Origin: Nitrosopumilus sp.
Lineage (GTDB): Archaea; Thermoproteota; Nitrososphaeria; Nitrososphaerales; Nitrosopumilaceae
Direction of reading: 5' to 3'
Length of the DNA: 64,000 nucleotides
NCBI GenBank assembly: GCA_965224195.1
Contig: OZ245040.1
Coordinates: 224,001-288,000 of the forward strand
Shown: one piece after another, positions 29,385 to 39,680 of the stretch
Layout of the letters: each line of letters begins with the position of its first letter
How positions within the stretch are numbered: position 1 is the first letter of the stretch
The notes under the pieces: model-generated
The model's input: only the letters and a program-made list of their open reading frames with translations
The model's database searches: none
Told to the model about the DNA's origin: nothing
Made by a program: the position numbers and the translations under genes

Positions 29385-30017
29385 TTGTCAAATAACGTTG
29401 AAGAAAAAATTCTGCATGGGACTACCACAGTAGGTATCAAGGCTAAAGACGGTGTCGTATTATGCGCCGACATGAGAGCCAGTGCAGGCTATTTTATCGC
29501 AAATAACAATACTATGAAAATTCAACAAATTGATCAACATGCAGGGCTTACCTTAGCAGGTGGTGTTGCTGATGCACAAAATATTGTTGATATCTTACGT
29601 TACCATTCTAATCTTCACAGAGTTGAAAAACAAGGTGACATTTCTATTCATTCACTTGCAAGATTATGTTCATTGATATTTCATCAAAACAGAGGATATC
29701 CGTTTACGGCTGATATCTTACTTGGTGGTTATGATGCAAACGGTCCGGCATTATTTAATGTAGATATGTTTGGATCTGTTGAAGAGAAATCATATGTTAC
29801 AACTGGCAGCGGCTCTCCAGTAGCTTATGGTTTACTTGAAGAAGAATACAAAGAAGACCTTTCAATTGAAGAAGCAAAACAAGTAGCTTTAAGAGCTGTT
29901 AAAGCCGCAATAACTAGAAACATTGGTACAGGCGATGGAATTAACATCGCAGTTATGGACAAGGACGGTTTCCGTCTATTAACCGATGAGCAAAAGAAAG
30001 CCGTCATCGAACTTTAG
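29385..30017 (+). CDS. psmB: Proteasome beta subunit
   Basis: Propeptide HG/TTTVG, GSGSPVAYG. Confidence 0.97.
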   Translation: MSNNVEEKILHGTTTVGIKAKDGVVLCADMRASAGYFIANNNTMKIQQIDQHAGLTLAGGVADAQNIVDILRYHSNLHRVEKQGDISIHSLARLCSLIFHQNRGYPFTADILLGGYDANGPALFNVDMFGSVEEKSYVTTGSGSPVAYGLLEEEYKEDLSIEEAKQVALRAVKAAITRNIGTGDGINIAVMDKDGFRLLTDEQKKAVIEL

Positions 30018-30024
30018 TGATTTA

Positions 30025-31965
30025 ATGCAACGTAAATATCAAGAAAAAGAATTACCTCCTACTAGCCAGAATATAATGGCCACCATACTGCAAAGTATAC
30101 CTAAGGAAGCAAGTGTAACAAAAATAGAATACGAAGGACCAAGAATTGCTCTTTATACAAATTCTCCACGTTACTTGATGGAAAACAATGATACAATTTC
30201 TAACCTTGTTAACATAATTAAAAAAAGAATTGTCGTTAGAACTGATGAATCAATTAGAAAACCTGAAGCTGAAGCAAGAAATTTTTTAGCAGATTGTGTC
30301 CCAAAAGAAGCTAATCTACAGGGAACTATTTTTGATACTGCAACTGGTGAAGTATCAGTTGAAGTAAAAAGACCTTGGTTGTTACAAAGAAATGCAAAAG
30401 AATTCAATCATGCAGAAGTAACTGAAAAGATAGGTTGGAGATTAAGAGTTAGAAAAGCCACAACCATTCCTTCACGTACAATTCAAACAATTAATGCAAC
30501 TCTAAAACAAGCCTCTGCTGAAAGAGGTAAACAGCTAAAACAAGTAGGTGATGAAATTTTCAGACCTCGATTATCTCAAAGAACCGAAGTGTCACTTCAT
30601 ACTCTTGGTGGATTCGGTCAAGTAGGACGATCTTCAATGTTACTATCTACTCCTGAAAGTAAGATCTTGGTTGACTGTGGAATTAACCCCGGTGCACGTT
30701 CTCCAATGGATGCATTTCCAAGATTAGATTCTCTAAACATAACACTAGATGAACTTGATGCTATAGTTATTGGGCATGCACACTTGGATCACACTGGATT
30801 CTTACCTGCATTATGTAAATATGGATACAAAGGCCCAATCTATTGTACTGAACCAACATTACCAATGATGAATCTAATTCAATTAGATGCTATCAAAGTA
30901 GCTGCTGCCCAAGGTAGAACTCCAATTTATGCTGAACGTGATGTAAAACAAGTCATGAGACAAACAATCACTTTACCATATGGAACTGTAACTGATATTT
31001 CCCCTGACATTAAACTAGTTCTTGCAAATGCAGGTCATATTCTAGGTTCTGCCTTATGTCATTTTCATATTGGAAATGGTGATCATAACTTTGTTTATTC
31101 AGGTGATATTAAATTTGGAAAAAGTATTTTGTTTGAAGCTGCTAGTTGGAATTTCTCAAGAGTTGAAACTTTATTGATTGAAAGTACGTATGGTCTTAAA
31201 GAAGATATTCAACCAACCCGACAACAAGTTGAATCTTCTTTCATCAATGCTGTAAACAATACATTAGCCGATGGTGGTAAAGTTTTGATTCCTATACCAG
31301 CAGTTGGGCGTGCACAAGAAATTATGATGGTAATTGATCACTATATGAAATCAGGAGAAATGGTTGAAGCACCTGTATTTACTGAAGGAATGATTTCCGA
31401 GGCATCAGCAATCCATGAATCTTATCCTGAATATCTTGCAAGAGAACTTAAACAAAAAATATTAGAAACAGATGATAATCCATTTGATTCTGAATACTTC
31501 ACTAATATTGAACATGCAGATGCTAGAGAAGAGCCTATGAGAGATAATTCACACTGTATTATCTTGGCAACATCTGGAATGTTAGAAGGTGGACCAGTTT
31601 TAGAATATTTCAAAAACATTGCACCTGATAAAAAGAACAAAGTACTGTTTGTTTCTTATCAAGTAAACGGAACTTTGGGAAGAAGAATCCTTGATGGTTC
31701 TAAACAAGCAACTATGTTAGGTAAAGAAGGAAAAGTTGAAGTTGTATCAATTAACTGTAGTGTTGAAAAATTAGATGGTTTTAGTGGACACAGTGATTAT
31801 AACCAATTAATGTCATTTGTACAAAGATTAAGACCAAAACTTCGTCGTGTATTGGTTAATCACGGAGAACGTTCAAAATCAGAAAACCTTGCAATGAATA
31901 TTAGACGAATGTATAAGCTACCTGCACATTATCCACAAGTTCAAGAAGCAATAAAATTATTTTAG
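30025..31965 (+). CDS. beta-CASP ribonuclease aCPSF1 (FttA) with KH domains
   Basis: HAHLDH, AGHILGS, ESTYG, FSGHSD, NHGE; conserved psmB neighbour. Confidence 0.96.
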   Translation: MQRKYQEKELPPTSQNIMATILQSIPKEASVTKIEYEGPRIALYTNSPRYLMENNDTISNLVNIIKKRIVVRTDESIRKPEAEARNFLADCVPKEANLQGTIFDTATGEVSVEVKRPWLLQRNAKEFNHAEVTEKIGWRLRVRKATTIPSRTIQTINATLKQASAERGKQLKQVGDEIFRPRLSQRTEVSLHTLGGFGQVGRSSMLLSTPESKILVDCGINPGARSPMDAFPRLDSLNITLDELDAIVIGHAHLDHTGFLPALCKYGYKGPIYCTEPTLPMMNLIQLDAIKVAAAQGRTPIYAERDVKQVMRQTITLPYGTVTDISPDIKLVLANAGHILGSALCHFHIGNGDHNFVYSGDIKFGKSILFEAASWNFSRVETLLIESTYGLKEDIQPTRQQVESSFINAVNNTLADGGKVLIPIPAVGRAQEIMMVIDHYMKSGEMVEAPVFTEGMISEASAIHESYPEYLARELKQKILETDDNPFDSEYFTNIEHADAREEPMRDNSHCIILATSGMLEGGPVLEYFKNIAPDKKNKVLFVSYQVNGTLGRRILDGSKQATMLGKEGKVEVVSINCSVEKLDGFSGHSDYNQLMSFVQRLRPKLRRVLVNHGERSKSENLAMNIRRMYKLPAHYPQVQEAIKLF

Positions 31966-32235
31966 ATCATATTCTGGTTTCCAGATTTTTATACTGGATG
32001 GAGCAATTATAATTCTCTCTTCACCTAATCTTGCAATTTCAGCATCTTCTGCTTTTGCAATAGAATACAATTCTTCAACTACTTTACGAAGTTGTTCCAC
32101 ATCTTTTTGTGCTAATGGTGTAACTCTTAGAATCAAAATCATATTTTTTTTAATATCTTCTTTGATAGAGTGAACATCACTGATGTCTCTAATCGTTATT
32201 GCTTTTAGATATGTGGAATTTTCTTGTTTTTGCAT
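31957..32235 (-). CDS. SepF-like (DUF552) protein
   Basis: ILILRVTPL...IARLGEERIIIAP. Confidence 0.75.
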   Translation of the reverse strand: MQKQENSTYLKAITIRDISDVHSIKEDIKKNMILILRVTPLAQKDVEQLRKVVEELYSIAKAEDAEIARLGEERIIIAPSSIKIWKPEYDLK

Positions 32236-32308
32236 CCTTGTTGAAAATGAGAACTACTTATTCAAAAACTCTTCCTTAGTTTTAACTAATTTTTAAAAAA
32301 TTTCATGC

Positions 32309-33367
32309 CTACATTCTAAATTTAAGATAAGATTGTTCTTTTGCACATTCAGAACTAACTTCATCAGTTGAATCTCCATTTTTAACAGAAACAACACTGT
32401 GTTCAGTTTTTGGTGCATCTGAATATCTTAACGTTACAGTTGATGCAAATTCTACATGCAATTTTGCATTCTTACCACGTAAGATTGAAACTGATCCAAC
32501 GTAATCTTTAGCCTCAAGTAAAATATCACCAGGTAATGCTAATGCTTTAATCATTTCATTTTCATCTTTGTTTCTTCCAACAACAAATTTTGTTTCTTCA
32601 TCTAATCTAAAATGTCTTCCAATTTTTAACAAATCAATTTCATTAATTGTTGGAGTTTCTATATGATCAAACAAATCTTTAGCCTTAATTCCGAATTGTG
32701 GTTCAGTTAACAAACAACCCCCACCTGCATTTGGTGGATTTTCAATTCCATATTCTTTAGCCATTTTCATTTGAATTTTTCTTTGTCGTCCTTTAATCAT
32801 TCCAAGATTTTCTCTTTTAATCAAACCATCTTTTTCAGCATCTGATGGTGGTAATAATCCAGCAGATAATGGTCTAACTATTTTTCCTTTCAAATTAGAT
32901 TCATTTTCAATAATATGTAATGACGGTGCATGTTGACTCATTGGACGTTGACCTAATACTTCTCCTGAAATAATAAATTCTGCACCAATTTCTTCCATGT
33001 GTTTTTTTGCTGCATCAAACATCATTGTTCTACAATCAACACATGGATTAAACCCAGCACCTATTCCGTGCTTTGGATGTTTTAACATCTCTATGTATTC
33101 ATCACCAAGATAAACTGTTTTTAAATTCACATTAAGATCATCTGCTCTTTCTCTAATTTCAAAACCACACCCTCTTCCACAATCAAAATCACAAAATGGA
33201 GTTTTAATTGCAACAGCTGACACGTCAAAACCTTGTTCTTGCATCATTCTAACAGCAAGTTGACTATCTAATCCTCCAGATAACAAAGCAACTACTTTCT
33301 TCTTTTCTTTTTCTTCAGCCACTGTGATCTGACCCAATTTTCCATATACAAACTTTACATCATACAT
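32309..33367 (-). CDS. ThiI/MnmA-like PP-loop tRNA thiolation protein
   Basis: LLSGGLDS, NPCVDCR, GEVLGQRPMSQ, AGGGCLLT, GRHFR. Confidence 0.85.
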   Translation of the reverse strand: MYDVKFVYGKLGQITVAEEKEKKKVVALLSGGLDSQLAVRMMQEQGFDVSAVAIKTPFCDFDCGRGCGFEIRERADDLNVNLKTVYLGDEYIEMLKHPKHGIGAGFNPCVDCRTMMFDAAKKHMEEIGAEFIISGEVLGQRPMSQHAPSLHIIENESNLKGKIVRPLSAGLLPPSDAEKDGLIKRENLGMIKGRQRKIQMKMAKEYGIENPPNAGGGCLLTEPQFGIKAKDLFDHIETPTINEIDLLKIGRHFRLDEETKFVVGRNKDENEMIKALALPGDILLEAKDYVGSVSILRGKNAKLHVEFASTVTLRYSDAPKTEHSVVSVKNGDSTDEVSSECAKEQSYLKFRM

Positions 33368-33393
33368 AAATTGAGAATTAGATATATCTGAGT

Positions 33394-34458
33394 ATGAAGC
33401 AACGTAGAAAGAATCTTTTGAAATATGCTCAACAGATCGATTGTGATACTATAGTTACATTTGAGCCTGAAAATTTGTTTTACATGACTGGGTTTTGGGG
33501 TGAAGCAATTGGATTACTTGAAAAAAATGGGAAAACCACAATTATTGCACCCGAACTTGAAGTTGGTAGAGCAAAAGAAGAATCTGTTGATTGTAATGTA
33601 ATTACTGCAGAACGAGGAGAAGGTCTAATTTCCTCACTAATTAAAAAAATTAAGAAAAATCGAGTTTGTACTGACTGCCAAAACTATTCAGTAATGATGT
33701 CGTTAAAAAAATCAATTCCAAAAATTAAATCATCAACTGAACCATTTTACAATGCTAGAATCATAAAAGATGAAAAAGAAATCCAAATTCTCAAAAAAGC
33801 TTCAAAAATAATTGATGAAATGTTCCAAATTTGTACTAAAAAAATGAAAATAGGTCAAAAAGAATCTGAATTACAAACGATTTTGATGACGTATGCAATG
33901 GAACAAGAAATGTTTAATACCGGATACAAATCTACACTTAATCCATTAATTATTGCTGGAGGTCCAAATGGTGCCTTACCACATGCTCAAGTTACAAATA
34001 GAAAATTCAAAAAAGGAGATCTAGTAGTAACTGATCTTACATTAAGATACAAAGGATATGTTTCTGATGCGACCCGAACATTTGCACTAGGAAAAATCCC
34101 ATCACAAGCAAATGAAGCATATGAAATTGTTAAAGAATCTCAAAGAGTTGGTTTAAAAGCTGTCAGACCAAATATTGATTGTAAAGATATTGATTTTGCA
34201 TGTCGAAAATATATTGATGATAAAAATTATGGTAAATACTTTATTCATTCAACAGGTCATGGAATTGGATTAGAAGTTCATGAACTACCAACTGTTTCTT
34301 ATCGAAGTAATACAAAATTAAAAGAGAACATGGCAATAACTGTAGAGCCTGGAATTTATATTGAAAATAAATTTGGAATTAGAATAGAGGATTCACTAAT
34401 TGTAAAAGACAGACCAATTGTAATGCACAAATTTACTAAAGATTTAGTAACAATTTGA
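33394..34458 (+). CDS. Xaa-Pro peptidase (M24B)
   Basis: GYVSDATRT, HSTGHGIGLEVHE, TVEPGIY, GIRIED. Confidence 0.95.
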   Translation: MKQRRKNLLKYAQQIDCDTIVTFEPENLFYMTGFWGEAIGLLEKNGKTTIIAPELEVGRAKEESVDCNVITAERGEGLISSLIKKIKKNRVCTDCQNYSVMMSLKKSIPKIKSSTEPFYNARIIKDEKEIQILKKASKIIDEMFQICTKKMKIGQKESELQTILMTYAMEQEMFNTGYKSTLNPLIIAGGPNGALPHAQVTNRKFKKGDLVVTDLTLRYKGYVSDATRTFALGKIPSQANEAYEIVKESQRVGLKAVRPNIDCKDIDFACRKYIDDKNYGKYFIHSTGHGIGLEVHELPTVSYRSNTKLKENMAITVEPGIYIENKFGIRIEDSLIVKDRPIVMHKFTKDLVTI

Positions 34459-34460
34459 GC

Positions 34461-34943
34461 CTAGTCGTAATAGTTTACTAAATCAATAATATACTTAGAT
34501 TCTGGATTATTGGAAGAAATTTTTTCAGAAATTATATTCACATTCCAATCATAATTCATTTCTCCCTTGTGTGATTTGAAATTAAAATTCACTTTATATT
34601 CTTCAGAATTTACGTTTACTACAGTTAGATCAACGGTAGTTTTTTTATGATCAAAAATTTTCTCTTGAGGATATTCTTCATCTATTTTATTCTCTAATGC
34701 TTCTTTTACTGTTAATCCAGAATTATTTGGACCATCATACTTCATTAAAATATCTACAACTTTTTGATTTTCATCACTTAGTTCTGGAAAACTCTTCTCT
34801 AGTGTTCCTTTGGTATATTCAGGAACTACAAATACCACAAACATTGCGATCAAAGCAAGGTAAATTGGAGCTCTTTTTTTCAGAAATGACTTAAAATCAT
34901 TCTTTTTTGGCTTGTCTTCCTTTTTTTTATTTTCTTTACCCAT
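34461..34943 (-). CDS. Membrane-anchored hypothetical protein
   Basis: Basic N-terminus + single TM. Confidence 0.75.
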   Translation of the reverse strand: MGKENKKKEDKPKKNDFKSFLKKRAPIYLALIAMFVVFVVPEYTKGTLEKSFPELSDENQKVVDILMKYDGPNNSGLTVKEALENKIDEEYPQEKIFDHKKTTVDLTVVNVNSEEYKVNFNFKSHKGEMNYDWNVNIISEKISSNNPESKYIIDLVNYYD

Positions 34944-34954
34944 GTCTCTTCAAT

Positions 34955-35797
34955 CTAGTTTTTAGCACCTAGAATTAAAACTTGCCAAGGAAATAAAATT
35001 TCTCCATTTTTCTTCGTATATTGTAATGTTTTATCTTTGACTAACTGTTTCAATTCTTTCCTTTTTGAATAATCTAAATTATTTAGCTTTTCTTTTAATG
35101 GTTTTGCAATATATTTTAGATAATTTCTCCAATAATCTTCAAATTTTCCTGGACTAAAATGAAAGACATAATCTTTTACAGTAATTTTTGAGAATCCTGC
35201 TTTACTTACTTCTTTTTTTAAAGCTGATTTTGTTCCAAATCTGTCAAGATTTGGAGAGCCAGGTGGTACATAATCTGGAATATACTTTGTGACTGAATCG
35301 ATAATGCTGCTAAAGAAAGGAACAGAATCTTTACTTCCATGAACAGAAATTCCAATACTTCCTGATTTTTTGAGGCTATTTTTCATATTTTTTAATGCTT
35401 TTTGAGCATTAGGAAAGAAAAACAATGCATACTGACATGTAACAACATCGAATTTTTTAGAAAAATTAAATTTCTCAGCATCAGTATTTACAAAATCAAC
35501 ATTTAATTTTTTACCATTCCATTTTTTTGCAATTTTAATTGCTGTACTTGAAGTATCTACTCCTACTACATATCCTAATTTCTCTATTTTTTTTTGAATT
35601 TCATTTATAACTACTCCAGTACCACATGCAACATCCAATACTGTATCACCTTTGTTGATATTTACTAATTCTACTAATTTTTTTGTACTTTGAAATGGTC
35701 CTTTATTTACACTAGCCCATCTCTTGTGATATCTCGGAGCAACCTCATTCCAAATTTTCATATTTCGCTGTTTGTATTCTGAATGAATTACTTTCAT
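34955..35797 (-). CDS. Class I SAM-dependent methyltransferase
   Basis: VLDVACGTG, FDVVTC. Confidence 0.92.
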   Translation of the reverse strand: MKVIHSEYKQRNMKIWNEVAPRYHKRWASVNKGPFQSTKKLVELVNINKGDTVLDVACGTGVVINEIQKKIEKLGYVVGVDTSSTAIKIAKKWNGKKLNVDFVNTDAEKFNFSKKFDVVTCQYALFFFPNAQKALKNMKNSLKKSGSIGISVHGSKDSVPFFSSIIDSVTKYIPDYVPPGSPNLDRFGTKSALKKEVSKAGFSKITVKDYVFHFSPGKFEDYWRNYLKYIAKPLKEKLNNLDYSKRKELKQLVKDKTLQYTKKNGEILFPWQVLILGAKN

Positions 35798-35854
35798 CTA
35801 ATGTTTTCATCTTATTTGATCTATTTTATGTAATCTCTTCTAAATCTAATTTTT

Positions 35855-37117
35855 TCATTTAATTTTCACTTCAATTTGTTTTCTGATAAGTTTAGCAATT
35901 TTTTCTTTACTCATCCATCTTGAAACAATATTTTTTTTGAAATCTACAATGATGATTTGGTTATTTTGAGGATTTTTCTTATATCTTATTGAACCAATAT
36001 CATTTGCGATAATCATGTCTGCTGATGATTCTTTTAATTTCTTTTCAGCTGATTTGATTAATTGATTTTTTGTTAGATTTGTTTCTGCTTTAAAACCTAC
36101 AAGTAATACATTTTTTTGATATTTTTTTATTTGATCTATGATTTTTGGAGCTTTTTTGAGGCTAATGGTTATGCTTAACTTTGAATTTTTAATTTTATTT
36201 TTACTTTGAATTATAGGTACATAATCTGCAACAGCTGCTGTCATAATCACAATATCAAACTTTTTCTTTAATTCTAATTTTACAGCTAGTTGCATTTCTT
36301 TGCTGGATAAAACATTAATGATTTTTGCACCCTTTGGTGGTTCTTCTTTTCCTGGTCCATAAACAAATGTAACTTTAGCTCCTGCAGAAATTAATTCTGC
36401 TGCTAAACTTACTCCTGTCTTTCCAGAACTATGGTTTGTAATTGCACGAATAGGATCTATTGGTTCAACAGTTGGCCCTGCAGTAATCAATATTTTTTTA
36501 TTTTTTAATGTAGATGAGAATCCAAATTTCTTTAACACATTTTCTAAAACATCTTCTGGTTCAGGAGATTTTGCTTTACCTTCTATTAATTTAGGAGAAA
36601 GAAATTCAATTTTGTTTTTTAGAAATTTGATATTTTTTTTAACTGCAGAGTTTTCATACATTGATGCATGCATTGCTAGACACATCAAAATTGGAATTTT
36701 TGATCCAAATCCTATTGTAAGAACTGTTGATACAGGCGTATCATCAATTCCATTAGCCAATTTTCCTAGTGTATTTGCAGTTGCAGGATACACTATTAGG
36801 AGATCAGATTGATTATAATCTGCTAATCTAATATGTTCTAACTCACCTGTCAGTTTTGTAATCACTTCATTACCTGTTGCCCATTTGAAATATTCTGGTT
36901 GAATCAGTTTTGTGACTGCATTACTGGTAACACATGTTACATCAGCTCCATGTCTCATTAGCAATCTAGCAAGTTCAATTGCTTTGTAAGCTGCAACACT
37001 ACCTGCTACACACAATACAATTTTTTTCCCAGATAACTCTACACCATATGAACTAACTATATCTAAAGATGGATGATCTTTCCTTTTTGATATCTTTTTA
37101 ACTACCAAGTGCTTCAC
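35855..37117 (-). CDS. coaBC: Phosphopantothenoylcysteine decarboxylase/ligase
   Basis: GSVAAYK, PATANT, TAGPTVEPIDPIRAITNHSSGKTG, GFKAET. Confidence 0.97.
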   Translation of the reverse strand: MKHLVVKKISKRKDHPSLDIVSSYGVELSGKKIVLCVAGSVAAYKAIELARLLMRHGADVTCVTSNAVTKLIQPEYFKWATGNEVITKLTGELEHIRLADYNQSDLLIVYPATANTLGKLANGIDDTPVSTVLTIGFGSKIPILMCLAMHASMYENSAVKKNIKFLKNKIEFLSPKLIEGKAKSPEPEDVLENVLKKFGFSSTLKNKKILITAGPTVEPIDPIRAITNHSSGKTGVSLAAELISAGAKVTFVYGPGKEEPPKGAKIINVLSSKEMQLAVKLELKKKFDIVIMTAAVADYVPIIQSKNKIKNSKLSITISLKKAPKIIDQIKKYQKNVLLVGFKAETNLTKNQLIKSAEKKLKESSADMIIANDIGSIRYKKNPQNNQIIIVDFKKNIVSRWMSKEKIAKLIRKQIEVKIK

Positions 37118-37937
37118 GTAATTTTTTTAATTCTTCTTCATTCATTGAAAATGAGTTTTCTTTAGCAGGAAATGAACTTGATTCCACATCAGTTCTATAT
37201 TCTTCAAGTGATTTTACAATATCTTCAGATAAATTCATGTATCTTTTGGCAAATTTTGGTTTAATTTTGTCATACATACCTAACAAATCTTGAACAACCA
37301 ATACTTGTCCATCACAATTTACACCAGAACCTATTCCTATTGTGGGAATGCTAACAGATTCAGAAATAATTTGTCCGACCTCATGACTAACCATTTCTAA
37401 AGCAATACTAAAAACTCCTGCGTCTTCTAGTTCCTTGGCATCTTCAATTAATTTCATAGCACTATCTTTTGTTTTACCTTGAACTTTGTATCCTTCTGAA
37501 AGCATCGTAGTTTGCGGTTGAAGTCCAATATGTCCCATTACTGGAATTCCTACATCCACTATTGCACTAATTGTTTCAGTCATAATTGAACCACCTTCAA
37601 GTTTTATTGCATCTGCACCAGATTTGATTAATCTACCAGAATTATTTATGGCATCTTCAATACTGGCCTGATATGACATGAAAGGTAAATCTGCTACTAA
37701 TAGTGAATTTTTTCTTGCTCTGCTAACAGCTTCAGTAAACATGCACATTTGATCCATTGTCACAGAAATTGTATTTTCATATCCAAGCATTACCATTCCA
37801 GCACTATCTCCAACTAACATTACATCAATTCCTGCTCTATCACATAATGAAGCTAGAGTGTAATCATAACTTGTAATTACAGAAATTTTCTTTTTCTCTT
37901 TTTTCATATTGATAATATCTTGAACAGTTTTATGCAA
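37098..37937 (-). CDS. panB: 3-methyl-2-oxobutanoate hydroxymethyltransferase
   Basis: LVGDSAGMV, KLEGG, MGHIGLQPQ, DGQVLV. Confidence 0.97.
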   Translation of the reverse strand: MHKTVQDIINMKKEKKKISVITSYDYTLASLCDRAGIDVMLVGDSAGMVMLGYENTISVTMDQMCMFTEAVSRARKNSLLVADLPFMSYQASIEDAINNSGRLIKSGADAIKLEGGSIMTETISAIVDVGIPVMGHIGLQPQTTMLSEGYKVQGKTKDSAMKLIEDAKELEDAGVFSIALEMVSHEVGQIISESVSIPTIGIGSGVNCDGQVLVVQDLLGMYDKIKPKFAKRYMNLSEDIVKSLEEYRTDVESSSFPAKENSFSMNEEELKKLREALGS

Positions 37938-38694
37938 TTTTGGCCCTCCTATCCAAATTATTTTTTATTTGAATCACATTTTCTCTTAAGTTTTTCTTAT
38001 TATCAAAATCCTCAATTATTTTTTGAAGACTCTTTTGATTCTTTTTTGATAGTTTTTTTGATTCATCAATTAGTAAATCAATTGCTCTAGTCACATTATC
38101 TACAATTGTAATGTTCGCTATCTGTGATGTTCTAGAGAGTGGATTTAGATCAAATGTTATGACTGTTTTTCCAGCTTTTCTTAATGCCATCGTTCTGTCT
38201 CCATCTTCTAAAGGAACTACCACAACATCTGCTACAAAAATTCCATCTTTATCTACAATTCTTCTTGCAGAATCTATTCCTGGTAATTTTTTAGATGATG
38301 TAGGTTTAGATCCTAAAATTTCATTGGCACCATTTTTTTTCAAAGTCTTAATGATTGATATTTTTCTTTTTTCATTAGCATAGAATAGATTCACTTCAAG
38401 TTTTGCTTTGATTTGTTTTGATAGTTTTACAATTTGTTTTGGACATAATGCTGCTATGTTTCCATTAACTGAGATAACTGGCATTTTTGCTACAATTAAT
38501 TGGGCTGCTGCAGCCTTGATAGCTTGTGTAGCTGCCTTACCTGTTTTTTCTCCTAGAAGATAATCAAATGCTTCTCCTCTACCTTGAGCCAAAAGACCTT
38601 CTTTGGCAACTAGTCCTTTTTCAAATCCTTCTACAAGTTTCTCACGAATTAAAAGAGATTTAGCTCTAGGATGGGATTTGGGAATTAATGACAT
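37930..38694 (-). CDS. Archaeal 4-phosphopantoate-beta-alanine ligase (PPS)
   Basis: HPRAKSL, GRGEAFDYLLGE, VPLEDGDR, DLNPLSRT. Confidence 0.93.
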   Translation of the reverse strand: MSLIPKSHPRAKSLLIREKLVEGFEKGLVAKEGLLAQGRGEAFDYLLGEKTGKAATQAIKAAAAQLIVAKMPVISVNGNIAALCPKQIVKLSKQIKAKLEVNLFYANEKRKISIIKTLKKNGANEILGSKPTSSKKLPGIDSARRIVDKDGIFVADVVVVPLEDGDRTMALRKAGKTVITFDLNPLSRTSQIANITIVDNVTRAIDLLIDESKKLSKKNQKSLQKIIEDFDNKKNLRENVIQIKNNLDRRAKIA

Positions 38695-38703
38695 AATTTT
38701 TAA

Positions 38704-39615
38704 TTAATTGTTTAAAATTCTAGCTCCATTATCATCTAGTTTTGATTTTATTAAAATCCCATCAGAATATTTTTGTAAAATTTCTAAAACTTTAGATTCC
38801 TCTTTTTGTGGAACCATAGAAAAAATTGTTTCTCCAAAAAGAGCAATCCCACATTTGATCTTGTTTTTAGATAATTCTTTTACTATTTTTTGCATTCTAG
38901 GAGTCATTATATCTACATATTTTGCAAATTCTAATGACATGTCTTGAAAATGTTCATAATCTTTTGACTCTAATAATTGATTTACCATTTTTCCACCTAA
39001 TCCATTAATTTGAGACAAACGTTCTTTGATGAATTTATTTGTAGAAATTGGAGAAAAACAAATCATAATAATTGAAATTTTATCTGTAGGAATTTTTTCA
39101 ACATGTCCAATTCCTGGTGCTCCAGGTTTAACTCTAATTTCAAATCCCCCATAATATGATGCTAAGACATCTCCAAGTCCTGTTTTACAATTTACTTCCG
39201 CGTTATGAGCAATTTGACCAATTATTATTTTCTCTAATTTAGTTTCAAGTGCTTGGTTTAATGCAAATGATAATGATAATGCAACTGCACCACTTGAACC
39301 TAAACCATAACCAACTGGAACAGATATGTTGTGCTCTATATCAAAAAACTTATCTGAAAATTCTCCTAATTTTAAAAATTCATTTAATACGTATTGTGAA
39401 ACATCTGTTTTATCTGATTGATATCCATGTGTTGTGATTTTAAAATTTGATTCTTGATTATTTTTTGTTTTGATTTTTACTCTAGTTGTAACTCCTTGAT
39501 TTATTGAAAAACCTGCTCCCATTGAGCCTAAATTTTCTAAATTATTCTCATGGCCTTCTAAATGGGCTTTGAAAAAACCTGTAATATGTGCTGGACAAAA
39601 TGCTGTCGCCTCCAT
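38704..39615 (-). CDS. Pantoate kinase (GHMP family)
   Basis: PAHITGFF, PVGYGLGSSG, TGLGDV; in CoA cluster. Confidence 0.92.
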   Translation of the reverse strand: MEATAFCPAHITGFFKAHLEGHENNLENLGSMGAGFSINQGVTTRVKIKTKNNQESNFKITTHGYQSDKTDVSQYVLNEFLKLGEFSDKFFDIEHNISVPVGYGLGSSGAVALSLSFALNQALETKLEKIIIGQIAHNAEVNCKTGLGDVLASYYGGFEIRVKPGAPGIGHVEKIPTDKISIIMICFSPISTNKFIKERLSQINGLGGKMVNQLLESKDYEHFQDMSLEFAKYVDIMTPRMQKIVKELSKNKIKCGIALFGETIFSMVPQKEESKVLEILQKYSDGILIKSKLDDNGARILNN

Positions 39616-39680
39616 TGATCTGAGTTTAAACTTTACACAAAATATAAGAATATGGCTTAAATTAATTATACTAGTATAAA

